Shown here one piece after another: positions 1 through 9,307 of a stretch of 64,000 nt of DNA. The stretch covers positions 2,304,001-2,368,000 of the forward strand of contig CBDCNP010000002.1 of NCBI GenBank assembly GCA_965219415.1. The letters run 5' to 3'. Position 1 is the stretch's first letter. Every line of letters begins with the position of its first letter. The DNA comes from Candidatus Marinacidobacterales bacterium (GTDB lineage: Bacteria; Acidobacteriota; Vicinamibacteria; Marinacidobacterales; DATDRI01). The position numbers and the translations under genes were made by a program. The notes below the pieces were generated by a model that was not told the DNA's origin, made no database searches, and worked only from the letters and a program-made list of their open reading frames with translations.

Positions 1-1144
1 TTCCTTCGATGGGTTTGGCGTGGAGCTGGTCCAACTCGCGCAGAAAAACCTTGGTAGTGCCATTCTCTTCGGCGATGAAGGTTAGACGCGATCCGTCTCG
101 CGATAGCTCGATGACCAAACCCAAAAAAGGTGGTGGAGGAGTGGACAAACGCAAACGCGTCACCGCGTCCGGGTCCGGTGGGTCGTGTCGCACAAGAATC
201 CCAGTTGCAACCGCGACGACCGCGGCTAGAATTGCCGCTGCAATCCATGCTGCGAGGCGCAACCACCGTGAAGGTAGAGGAGTGGCAGCCTGACTCGGCT
301 GTGGCTCGCCGAGCGCCTCTTCGAGCTCGACCCGCACGTCCCAGGCATCGCGAAAACGCTTCCGCGGGTCTTTCTGGAAACAGCAATCCAGAAGCCGCCG
401 AATACTCCTTGGCGTCGCGTCGGGCAGCGCTTGCCAATCAGGATCTTGTCTTAGGACGGACGCGATGGTGTCCGAGAGCGTGTCGCCCTGGAAGGTTAGT
501 TTGCCGTTGAGCGCTTCGTAGAGACAGCATCCGAAGGCCGAGATGTCCGTCCGCTTGTCGACCGTTTTCCCTCGGGCTTGTTCCGGGCTCATGTATCCTG
601 CCGTCCCCAGGATCGTCCCCGCCTCTGTCGCAGCGTGAGTGAGCGTCGGGGACTCGGACGATTCTCCCGAGGGCGTACCCTCAGTCGCCTTCGCTAAACC
701 GAAATCTAGTACTTTGATCTTTTCGTCCGGGGTGAGCTTGATATTGGCCGGCTTCAAGTCGCGATGGATGACACCTTCCTCATGCGCCGCTTCGAGGGCT
801 TCCGCAATCTGCATAAACAGAGGAAGCGCGTCATCGAGGGGGATAGCGCCTTGTTTGTTTCGTTCGGCCAGAGTTTCCCCAGGCACCAGCTCCATGACCA
901 GGAAGCGCACATCGCCCGACTGCTCGAGCCCGTGAATGGTGGCGATGTTGGGATGATTCAGAGATGCCAGGAGACGTGCTTCCCGCTCGAATCGTGCTAA
1001 GCGTTCAGTGTCTTGTGCGAAAGCTTCCGCAAGAACTTTGATCGCAACTTCGCGCCCGAGCTTCGTATCGCGTGCGCGGTAGACTTCGCCCATACCGCCA
1101 GAGCCAATAAGCTCAATGATTTCGTAGGCACCGAGTTTCTTCAT
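1..1144 (-). CDS. Ser/Thr protein kinase (Hanks type, with TM segment and start of a TolB/PD40 propeller), runs off the left edge
   Basis: Manual translation of the minus strand: MKKLGAYEIIELIGSGGMGEVYRARDTKLGREVAIKVL...HRDLKPANI...DFGLAK...GTAGYMSPEQARG. It is absent from the ORF track because there is no stop inside the window. Confidence 0.93.
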   Translation of the reverse strand, partial: MKKLGAYEIIELIGSGGMGEVYRARDTKLGREVAIKVLAEAFAQDTERLARFEREARLLASLNHPNIATIHGLEQSGDVRFLVMELVPGETLAERNKQGAIPLDDALPLFMQIAEALEAAHEEGVIHRDLKPANIKLTPDEKIKVLDFGLAKATEGTPSGESSESPTLTHAATEAGTILGTAGYMSPEQARGKTVDKRTDISAFGCCLYEALNGKLTFQGDTLSDTIASVLRQDPDWQALPDATPRSIRRLLDCCFQKDPRKRFRDAWDVRVELEEALGEPQPSQAATPLPSRWLRLAAWIAAAILAAVVAVATGILVRHDPPDPDAVTRLRLSTPPPPFLGLVIELSRDGSRLTFIAEENGTTKVFLRELDQLHAKPIEG

Positions 1145-1250
1145 ATTGCTCTGGCGGTTTCGGGGCACGGGACCCCTCACCCCATATGGACATGCGCTGG
1201 CCCTTCGGAGACGAAACAACTCCTCGTCAGTCCGAAAAGTCAAAAAGCCG

Positions 1251-1301
1251 CTAGAAATTGAAGCGGATCCCGAGCTGCATCTGGAGCTGATTCAGGTCCA
1301 C
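1251..1301 (-). pseudogene. C-terminal remnant of an outer-membrane beta-barrel / TonB-dependent receptor, truncated by IS5
   Basis: Reads VDLNQLQMQLGIRFNF* directly from the IS end. It has the terminal-Phe beta-signal and resembles the LQVGARFRF* end of the receptor at 29923. Confidence 0.6.
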
Positions 1302-1302
1302 G

Positions 1303-2393
1303 CTGCCTTGGTGCACAACTCCGATAGAGGCCGAGAGCTCGCTTGGCCCCGACTCCCATCATCCGATCATCTCGCTATCAGGCATCCCGAGCGCCGTCAT
1401 GGTGTTGAGAATCTTGCACCCGATCCTTGCCTCACCTCTCTGTGCCGCCAACCCTCTCGCTCGCATCGCTGAGCCCACGATAGCCTTGTAGCGATGGAAC
1501 GTTGTCTCGACTTTGCTCCGTTTGCTGTAGCCCGATTCTGTGTGCCACTTTCGTTTGCCGAGCCGAGCTTGTGCTGCAATGTTGCGATTGCGCTGTCGGC
1601 TGCTCGCCGGCCCCGATGCGAGCAGGGCGCCCTTGCGCGGCGGTATCAGCACCCTCGGCGAGCGATGAGCGCTGTGATTCTCGATTGCCTCATAGACGCC
1701 GCCGGCGTCGTATGCGGTGTCAGCTCTGGCCGATGAGATGGGACTGTCGATCTGTCCGACAAGCGATGCAACCCGCGATGAATCGCGGGCTCTTTTGCTC
1801 GTCAGCTCGCCGGCGACGACTTCGCCACTCTGCTCGTCGACACACAGATGGAGCTTGCGATAGTCCCTGCTCTTTTGTGCTCTGCGCAGCTGGCCGGCGT
1901 GGACAGCGAGACCGCTGCTGTCGAACAAGATGTGCAACGGCGTCTTCTGCTTGACTGGGTAGAAGGGGACCTTACCCAGCTTCGGCTTGCGCCTCGAGCT
2001 CGTGGTGTGATCGGGCACATCATTGTCTAGCTTCATCAGAGCGAACAACGACCGCAGCAATCCCTCGCTCTGCCTAGATGACAGATGAAACACCATGCCC
2101 AGGGTGACAGCCGTCTCGATGGCGTGGTTCGAGTACTTGCGTTGACGGCCCGGTTTCCTCCTCCTTGGCCGGGGGCGCGTCCCAGTTCACAAGCTTGCCG
2201 GCGGTGAGCGAGATCCAGACGGTCAGGCTCCCGCGGTTGCGTAGACCCGCCTCATATTCACGCCAATTCCTCACGCGATAGGCCTTCTTCACATACTTCC
2301 CGCTGAGTGCGTTTGAAAATGCTCATGGGGAACCTCGTATCCGCGAGTACAGGACAATTGTGGACCGAGATCGCGAGTTGTGCACCAAGGCAG
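1303..2393 (-). mobile_element. IS5-family element (IS903-like), copy 1
   Basis: 18-bp perfect terminal IRs ctgccttggtgcacaact (1303-1320) and agttgtgcaccaaggcag (2376-2393). Near-identical to 11001-12092. No TSD. Confidence 0.92.
1359..2292 (-). pseudogene. IS5-family transposase, frameshifted (extra C near 2172)
   Basis: YRVRNWREYEAGLRNRGSLTVW, PDHTT.SRR, DSSGL, RKLHLCVD, ADTAYD and GYSKRSKVET motifs, split over ORFs 2074-2292 and 1359-2096. Confidence 0.9.
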
Positions 2394-2394
2394 C

Positions 2395-2454
2395 TACCTG
2401 CCGGCTCGCCGCGCCGCGAACGTCGATCCGGCGGTCGTCCTGCGCGCTGAGTGA
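2395..2454 (+). pseudogene. C-terminal remnant of an ABC/ADOP-type permease, truncated by IS5
   Basis: Reads YLPARRAANVDPAVVLRAE*, the typical MacB/ADOP permease C-terminus, starting at the IS end. Confidence 0.75.
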
Positions 2455-2484
2455 GGTCTCCTGCCTCCACGTGCTACCATCGGC

Positions 2485-3528
2485 GTGGTGGAAGAAAAGC
2501 GCAATCTGTTCGGGTTATCTCGGAAGGAGCTGGAGTCCTGCGCCGCCGAGTTGGGGCTCCCCGCGTTTCGAGGACGTCAAATCTATCGCTGGATTTACTC
2601 CAAGTCCGCGACCGACCTCGACTCGATGACCGACCTGCCGCGCATCCTTCGCGGCCGACTCGCCGAAAGCTTCATCATCCGCACTCCCGAATTGCTCAGC
2701 CAGCATCGTTCCGAGGACGGTACCGTGAAGCTCCTTTTCTCCCTCGAGGGGGGCAAGAACGTCGAGGCGGTCTACATTCCCGATCCTCATGAAAAACGAG
2801 TTCGGCATACCGTCTGCTTGTCCACGCAGATCGGTTGTCCCTTGAAGTGCACCTTCTGCTACTCCGGCACTGTACCCTTCGCGAGAAACCTAACGGTGGG
2901 AGAGATCCTCGGCCAGTTTGGGGTGGCGCGAAAGGCCCTCCTCTCGGCCACGTCTCGGGTGAACGTCGTGTACATGGGAATGGGTGAACCGCTTTTGAAC
3001 TCCGAGGCGGTCCTGGGTTCCCTCGACGTGTTGACCGATCCCGATGGGTTCGCGGTCTCGCCGCGTCGGATTACCGTTTCGACTGTGGGGCTGACCGAAG
3101 AGCTCGAACGATTCGTTGCATCGAGCCCTCCGGTGGGTTTGGCGATCAGTCTCCACGCGACCACGAACGAGAGCCGCGACCGCATGATGCCCATCAATCG
3201 AAAACATCCTCTGGAGGAGCTTCTCGCGACGGCTCGACGTCTACCGCTTCCCAGGCGACGAAAGATCACTTTCGAGTATGTACTCCTGGGAGGAGAGAAC
3301 GATTCGGTGGAAGACGCCGAGAGACTGGCGCGTTTGTTACGAGGCGCGAAGGCCAAGGTGAATCTAATTTCTTACAATCCGTGGCCGGGGTCTCCTCACC
3401 GGGCGTCGGACGCCCAGGCCACCGAGCGTTTCATGGAGATCCTGGCAGGCGCCGGATATACCGTGACCCTTCGGCGGAGCCGAGGCGATGACATCCTCGC
3501 CGCGTGCGGACAACTGGCGGGCGCCTAG
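2485..3528 (+). CDS. rlmN: Dual-specificity 23S rRNA m2A2503 / tRNA m2A37 radical SAM methyltransferase
   Basis: CLSTQIGCPLKCTFC (CxxxCxxC), MGMGEP, ISLH and C-terminal AACGQL motifs. Confidence 0.96.
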   Translation: MVEEKRNLFGLSRKELESCAAELGLPAFRGRQIYRWIYSKSATDLDSMTDLPRILRGRLAESFIIRTPELLSQHRSEDGTVKLLFSLEGGKNVEAVYIPDPHEKRVRHTVCLSTQIGCPLKCTFCYSGTVPFARNLTVGEILGQFGVARKALLSATSRVNVVYMGMGEPLLNSEAVLGSLDVLTDPDGFAVSPRRITVSTVGLTEELERFVASSPPVGLAISLHATTNESRDRMMPINRKHPLEELLATARRLPLPRRRKITFEYVLLGGENDSVEDAERLARLLRGAKAKVNLISYNPWPGSPHRASDAQATERFMEILAGAGYTVTLRRSRGDDILAACGQLAGA

Positions 3529-4754
3529 GGGAATCTGAACTCTATCTCGATGTTTCGGGCGGCGTCCGGCGGTTCTTGCTTCGGCTCCGACATTTCCTCG
3601 TCGAATAAGTAGAAGAACGTATTGCCGGCAACATCTTCCAAGGTTGGCTCGACGTGGATGACGTAGTCGCCCGGAGCCCAAGGGGCATCAGGCCAAAACT
3701 GCCAGTGAGTCTCCTTCTTCGAGACCTCGACACTACCGGCGACGCGGCCCCAACCAACTTGCTCGACGGTAACCATTCGCTGCAGGAGCGCGTAGTCTAG
3801 AGGCTCCGGGAATCGGATTATCAGCGGTGCCTGCGCCGAAGCGGGAGTCGAGACCTCCCAGTCGGATGGGTTCGGTGACTCGCGGTCCGGAGGGCCCACG
3901 TTGATCTCTTTTTCGAACCGCTCCGCGAGCGGATAGCCCATCACGTCTTTGAGCCCCGGTTCGATCACAAGCCGAAACGACTCGCCGCGACGAAGTGCCG
4001 GCCCCATCTCCAGGTTGGGTGCCACGCCACGCTTGATGCGGCCGGGGTGGAAGAAGAGCGTCAATCGCTGCTGCATGGGATCCCAAAGGCCATTGCGGAT
4101 TTCGACGAACGGAAGGGCGACTTCCTCGCCCGTGGCGGTGTAAAGATGAACGTGAGTCTCTACGTCCTTGGTTCGCATCGGCGCGGAGAAGTAGACGTAG
4201 AGTCGGAGGAGGTTTTCCGGGAGCTCGGTTGCCGACGGGTAGACCGCCTCGACGGTCGTCGAGGCACGACCCGCGGGCTCCGGCATCGTGAAGTCGACGA
4301 CGGCGCTCGGGGTCTTGGTCATGCTTCCATCGGCGAACCGGTCGAAGGCACTCCCATCGAACTGGCCCTGGTAGCTCATGCCTGCCACGAAGGGGAACCG
4401 TGGCCGAAAGCGAATGCCGCCGCGTTCGATGGCGTAGCTCCCGAGGACGGCCGGCTGTTCGCTCCGCTCTAGTTTCGAGTTACTCGTGTGGACGGAGAAA
4501 AACTCAATCCAGCTCGACCGCTCGAGTTGCATCGCCTCGAGCTTGGAAAGCTCATTTTCGGGGAGTCCGGTTACAGTAACCGTCCCGAATGTATCGTCCC
4601 CCGGTGCGTCGTGGAAAACGATGGCAACGGTGGCGTCACCTCCCTCTGGCGACGAGGTCGCCGGCGGCCTCTCCTGCGCCAGCGGGAAGCGTGGCGAGGA
4701 GAGGCCGAGAGCAACGATCGCGGAAGCGAGAACGGTAATTCGCAGTCCGGTCAC
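3525..4754 (-). CDS. Secreted hypothetical protein with Ig-like repeats
   Basis: 409-aa ORF with a signal peptide and repeated F.P..P / D..G Ig-like segments. Lies 10 bp downstream of the next gene. Confidence 0.75.
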   Translation of the reverse strand: MTGLRITVLASAIVALGLSSPRFPLAQERPPATSSPEGGDATVAIVFHDAPGDDTFGTVTVTGLPENELSKLEAMQLERSSWIEFFSVHTSNSKLERSEQPAVLGSYAIERGGIRFRPRFPFVAGMSYQGQFDGSAFDRFADGSMTKTPSAVVDFTMPEPAGRASTTVEAVYPSATELPENLLRLYVYFSAPMRTKDVETHVHLYTATGEEVALPFVEIRNGLWDPMQQRLTLFFHPGRIKRGVAPNLEMGPALRRGESFRLVIEPGLKDVMGYPLAERFEKEINVGPPDRESPNPSDWEVSTPASAQAPLIIRFPEPLDYALLQRMVTVEQVGWGRVAGSVEVSKKETHWQFWPDAPWAPGDYVIHVEPTLEDVAGNTFFYLFDEEMSEPKQEPPDAARNIEIEFRFP

Positions 4755-4764
4755 TCAAGCGCCA

Positions 4765-5922
4765 TTAGAAGCGTTTTATCGACAGGGCGACCAGGTCCAT
4801 GGTCCCGCCCGGCAACCGCTGCAGCGCAACGACATAGCCGGCATTGAAGGCATCGAGCTGCTGTACGCCCGTGCCGGATCGGGGCTCGTAGGAAACGCCC
4901 GCCAGGTAACCCTCGGGCTCTGTCGTGATCTCGCCCTTGTAGCTCTCGACGTCCCTCGTCTTCACAACCATGAAAGGGAGATTGCTGTTGGCGATCAACA
5001 GCCGGTCTTCACCGTCTTTCTTGTAGAGGACCATGTCGATGGGGTAGTTGCCAGAACCGAACTCGGCAACCGTCCGGCCTTTGACGTGCTGTCCGTCCTT
5101 CAGATCGGCCACCGGAAAAGTGACGAGCGGCGTGCAGAGATAGGCCGCCAAAAGGTGCTCTTTTCCGCTCAACGCGTAAGGCACGAAGGCGCGAATGGGC
5201 GCGTGCGTTTCATACTCGCCGTGGGCACCGTGGAAAATCTCGAGTGTTGTCGCGGCGGACTTCTCACTGAACGGAAATGGAATTCTCCACATGGTGGAGG
5301 CGAACTCCTCGTTCGATAGTCCCGCCACGTAGAGCGTACCTTCGGAGAAGGACATGTCGGTGATGGTGTCGGCACGCAGGCTGATGCCTTCCTTCCACAT
5401 GTGTGTCTTGCTCGCATCGATGGGATTGGGGAGAGCCGCCTTGGCGTAGGCGACATCCTTTAATGTCACTTCGCCGATCTCGCCTTCGGGGCTAACCTTC
5501 AAGAGGATGCCGGCGTCGGCGATGTCGTTCGGTAGCAACCAACGTGTGTCCCACTGGCTCCGCCCGCGAGACACCGACAAAAAGATGTTCTGAGAAACGG
5601 GGTTGACCGCCAGGTCGTGGATCATGATCTCGTCGGCAGTCGTCCCGAGGAGACTGGCGATCTTCTCCTCGATATTCTGAACGGCCGGGGCCTCTTCCAC
5701 CGCGGTGGCGGGAGACTCTTCTTGGAGGTCGACCGCAAAGATCGCTCCCCCCTTGCCGTCACCGATGAAGAGCACGCCCTCGGGACCGAAAGCCAGAGCA
5801 CTCATCGACTGGATTGCTGGCGTGCCTTTCGTGAAATCGCCGGGGGGCTTCGCGGCAACGCCGGCGCCGACTATGACAAGAGCGCCTAGGAACACTACAC
5901 CCAGGACCTTGAGCTTGGTCAT
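4765..5922 (-). CDS. Secreted hypothetical protein, probably a beta-propeller
   Basis: ATG at 5922 with an AGGAGG RBS, signal peptide, and segments ALAFGPEGVLFIGD and FHGAHGEYETHAPIRAF. Confidence 0.8.
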   Translation of the reverse strand: MTKLKVLGVVFLGALVIVGAGVAAKPPGDFTKGTPAIQSMSALAFGPEGVLFIGDGKGGAIFAVDLQEESPATAVEEAPAVQNIEEKIASLLGTTADEIMIHDLAVNPVSQNIFLSVSRGRSQWDTRWLLPNDIADAGILLKVSPEGEIGEVTLKDVAYAKAALPNPIDASKTHMWKEGISLRADTITDMSFSEGTLYVAGLSNEEFASTMWRIPFPFSEKSAATTLEIFHGAHGEYETHAPIRAFVPYALSGKEHLLAAYLCTPLVTFPVADLKDGQHVKGRTVAEFGSGNYPIDMVLYKKDGEDRLLIANSNLPFMVVKTRDVESYKGEITTEPEGYLAGVSYEPRSGTGVQQLDAFNAGYVVALQRLPGGTMDLVALSIKRF

Positions 5923-6066
5923 TACGACCTCCTTGTAACAGGACACTTGGTATGTGGTTTTAGGGACCGGACGGCGGCCTCGCTCCCAAGAACCGCGCCC
6001 ATCTTGGGTGCTAACTTAGCGTGTGCGCTGGACGGTCGCAAGTCGACATCATCGACAATCCTGCAC

Positions 6067-6115
6067 TTGACAAGACATCGAAAAAATCTAATAATCAGAT
6101 TATCCTATTTTAGGA
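6067..6115 (+). promoter_or_regulatory. Sigma70 promoter and palindromic operators of the TA operon
   Basis: TTGACA (6067-6072), 17-bp spacer, AATAAT (6090-6095). Palindromes ataatc-a-gattat (6091-6103) and tccta-ttt-tagga (6103-6115). Confidence 0.7.
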
Positions 6116-6119
6116 GATC

Positions 6120-6458
6120 GTGGTGAAGAAGGGAAAAAAGGCAAAGAGGACGGGTTCCGGGTTGGTCCGCGAAAGCCCCGCCGAGTACAGGGTTACGCGA
6201 AGACTGACCGCTACCGAGGCTTCTCGAAGTTTCTCCGAGCTGCTCAATCGTGTGCGGTATCGCGGAGAAACGTTCATTATCGAGCGGGGCGGCGAGCCTG
6301 TTTGTGAGCTCAGGCCCGCAGCACCAAGAGTGTTCACGGGCGCCGACCTGCTGACGCTGTTGAAGTCCCTACCTCCTGTCGATGAGGAATATCTCAACAT
6401 CGTAGAGGAGGTTGCTCGTTCGCAACCGCGTCTGCCGGAGTCACCATGGGAGCGTTGA
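6120..6458 (+). CDS. Phd/YefM-family antitoxin
   Basis: TATEASRSFSELLNRV...FIIERGGEPV pattern. Overlaps the PIN toxin. Confidence 0.85.
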   Translation: MVKKGKKAKRTGSGLVRESPAEYRVTRRLTATEASRSFSELLNRVRYRGETFIIERGGEPVCELRPAAPRVFTGADLLTLLKSLPPVDEEYLNIVEEVARSQPRLPESPWER

Positions 6459-6847
6459 TCGACTCGAGCGTCTTGGTGGCGGCCGAGCGAGGGACGGTCG
6501 ATCTGGATTCACTCCTCGAGGAGTACGAAGAGACAGGCTTCGCCGTTTCCGCTATCACGGCGTCGGAGCTGCTTCACGGTGTTCACCGAGCTCGAAGCGA
6601 AGACCGCCGGTCGCGTCGCGAGGCCTACGTTGAAACGCTCTTGTCCCGGATTCCAGTCGTCGCGTTCGATCTGGTCTCGGCAAGAACTCACGCCCGTCTA
6701 TCAGCCCGTCTGGCCAGCAAGGGGACTCCCATCGGAGCGCATGATTTGATCATCGCTGCCACCGCAATGGCCAGGGGTTTAGAAGTAGTAACTAAGGACG
6801 AGAGAAGTTTCCCTCGAATTCCCGGGCTATCCCTTGTCCGCTGGTAG
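6446..6847 (+). CDS. vapC: VapC PIN-domain toxin
   Basis: LIDSSVLV...SAITASEL...HDLIIAATA...VTKD..F motifs. Confidence 0.9.
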   Translation: MGALIDSSVLVAAERGTVDLDSLLEEYEETGFAVSAITASELLHGVHRARSEDRRSRREAYVETLLSRIPVVAFDLVSARTHARLSARLASKGTPIGAHDLIIAATAMARGLEVVTKDERSFPRIPGLSLVRW

Positions 6848-6859
6848 GCGTCACTGGCA

Positions 6860-7925
6860 TCACCGCATTCGGCTATAGAGCGAAAACCCCACCGCAACCG
6901 TCACGATGACGATCCCCGCAAGGGCCCAAACACGCATCGGCCTCGAGGGACGCATGGATTCGTCGTCGATCAGCCGCGTCACGCAGTAGTAGTTCAGGCC
7001 GTAGAGCACGGGTGCCACGAGAAGGCTCACCACACCCACCAGGGTGACCATCCGCACCGGGTTAGGAATCAGCGTGTTGGCCGCGATGCTGAAGGTGAGA
7101 ATGGCGGCCATGAAAAACCAGTATGCGGGATTGAAGGACTTCGTTAGGAAGTCGTTGCGAGGAAAGAGCGTGCGAAGAAGGCTCGCGAACGTCCTCGGGA
7201 ACCCCTCCATGACGGAGTAGGAGGTAGAGAACATCGCCGCAAACGCCGCCAGCATGAACACTGGAAACATCCACTCTCCAAGAACCTCGGTATAGATCTC
7301 GGAGAGTGTCAATGCGACGTCGATTCCGTTGGGTGTGAGCCCTCTCGGCCTGAGGAGATTGGCTCCCAGCGAGACGAAGATCACCGCAAGAAACGCAGAC
7401 AGGACGTAACGACGCGAAGATCGGTCATCCCCATCGCGAGCATCTCGCGCCTGTCTCGGGTTGTTTTCTCCCATTCCCCGAGGTGCTCCACCGCCCAAAG
7501 TGAATGCCAAATGGCCACATTGATCCCGGTGGGCATCAGGCCGAATATCGACGCGGCCAGCAAGAGGGAACCTTCGGGCAACGATGGAATGAACATTTGC
7601 GCGAGATCCGACGGACGGGGAGGGGCTGCTACGAAAGCGATCACGCTGACCAAGGCCAGGACCCCGAGGGCTAGCTTGCTGCCGAGCGCGAGGGCGGGAT
7701 ATCTGCCCGTTCGGTGTAGCGCGATAATCAGAACCCCGAGAACAACGATCCAAACGGGAAGGGACAGTCCGCCCACGCTCACCACGAGGATCGAAGCGGT
7801 CACGGAAATGACCGCCGCGAAGATGGTGAGTCCTTGCAGCGTGGTGGTCGCCAGAAAAACCCAAAGTGCCCAGTTCTTCGGCCCCGGTACATCCTGGAAT
7901 CCCTGAATCAGGGAAACACGGTTGG
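6860..7925 (-). pseudogene. NRAMP-like divalent cation / amino acid transporter, 5'-truncated and frameshifted near 7410
   Basis: Multiple TM helices, SLIQGFQDVPGPKNWAL, GLMPT.I...WHSLW and AAMFSTSYSVMEGFPR. The N-terminus is replaced by another gene fragment. Confidence 0.75.
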
Positions 7926-8415
7926 CTCTTCGGTGAGCTCGTGGGTGGTATCGAAGACAGTGAAGAAATCCTCGTACTCCGGATTGCCGTTCAAGAACTC
8001 TTCGAACCGCTCGCTCTTGGAAGAGACGTGGTTGATGACGCCATCGAACATCAGGTGGAAGCTGAGGCTCAGTCGCTCGATGTCGTCCCAGGTGCCCATG
8101 CGCGGGTCGACTTGTCGATAGTCGATGACCGAGAATCCCCGATCCGAGGAGTAAGGGTAGAAGGGGAGAATGTGGATAGTATTAATGATGCCGGTGAGAT
8201 AAATGTTCAGCAATTGGCCGAGGAAGGCCAGGGGTGGCACACCGGGCTTGATGAGCTGGTCGGGATAGGTGATGGCGACGATGTCTTTTTCGGTGAACCG
8301 ATCCTCGGGCCGAAACGCCTCTTCGTCTTCGAGCATCTCCGAAGTCTTGTGGGCGTGGTGCACGCGCAGGATGCGCTCGATCTCGGAATAGCAGGCCTCC
8401 GCCCGCTCGGCATAG
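7926..8415 (-). pseudogene. Internal fragment of a GH13_18 sucrose/glucosylglycerate phosphorylase
   Basis: ITYPDQL...HILPFYPYSSDRGFSVIDYRQVDPRMGTWDDI...LMFDGVINHVS. Both ends are missing. Confidence 0.85.
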
Positions 8416-9052
8416 AAGGGCTTTGGTTCGCGTGCACCATCCATTGGCAGCAGCCAAAGGTCGCTGTTGTACTTCTCCGGAGTTCGCTGGAAGGCTAGTA
8501 TGCGGCCGACGGGGGACCAGGAGACTGGGGAACGCGTTTCGTCGCCCTCGGTGAGTCGCTCTGCAGTACCGCTCCCGTCCGCAGGTTTCCAGTACAGGTC
8601 CGTCGCGATCGGACTCGAACACCAAGCGCGTCCCATCTGGAGACCAGACCGGTGACCAGTCCTGAGCATCGGACAGCGTCAACCGGGTCAAAGTGCCGCG
8701 CCCAATGTCATAAAGCCATATATCCACGTTCTCTACTTGCTCGATCGTTATGGCAATCCGTCGGCCATCGGGGGAGATCCGAGGAGAGGAGTAGTAGCCT
8801 CGCTTTTCCGAGACGGGTTCGGCTTCCCCCGCGCGATCGACCCAGACGAGTGTGCTCTCGCTAGAATAGGATCCCGGCACATAGGCTAAGGTTCCGTTGT
8901 CGGAGATACTGAATCGCCCGTCTCCATAATCCAAAATGCCTTCAATAACCGGAACCTCGGGCCCAGTGACCTCGAGACGAGCGAGGTCGAAAGGCACCGC
9001 GAGAAGACTACCCGCCCGAGCGAAGACCAGATGGCTGGTTTCGATGTATCTT
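8416..9052 (-). pseudogene. Internal PD40/TolB propeller fragment of a kinase-type protein
   Basis: SHLVFARAGSLLAVPFD, SPRISPDGRRIA, SPVWSPDGTRLVFESDR and LYWKPADGSGTAERLT. Frameshifted near 8600. Confidence 0.8.
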
Positions 9053-9307
9053 CCCAAGAAGCGCGAGCTTTTCCTTGATGACCCGCGCCTTGTCCTCGGC
9101 AAGGGTGAGAGGTGGACGGCTGTAGTCTGGTTCCTTTCGATACAGCCGTACTTCGGTTCGTTTGAAAAGGGGCTCGCCCCACGGGTCTTGGAGGGCAGGA
9201 TCTGTCACCTGTCGGAGGTTGGTCGGACGTCGAGGGTACTCTTGTACAGCTTGCCACCTTTAATGAGAGAAGTGACGTAGACCCGCACCGGGCTCATCGT
9301 GCGCGTC

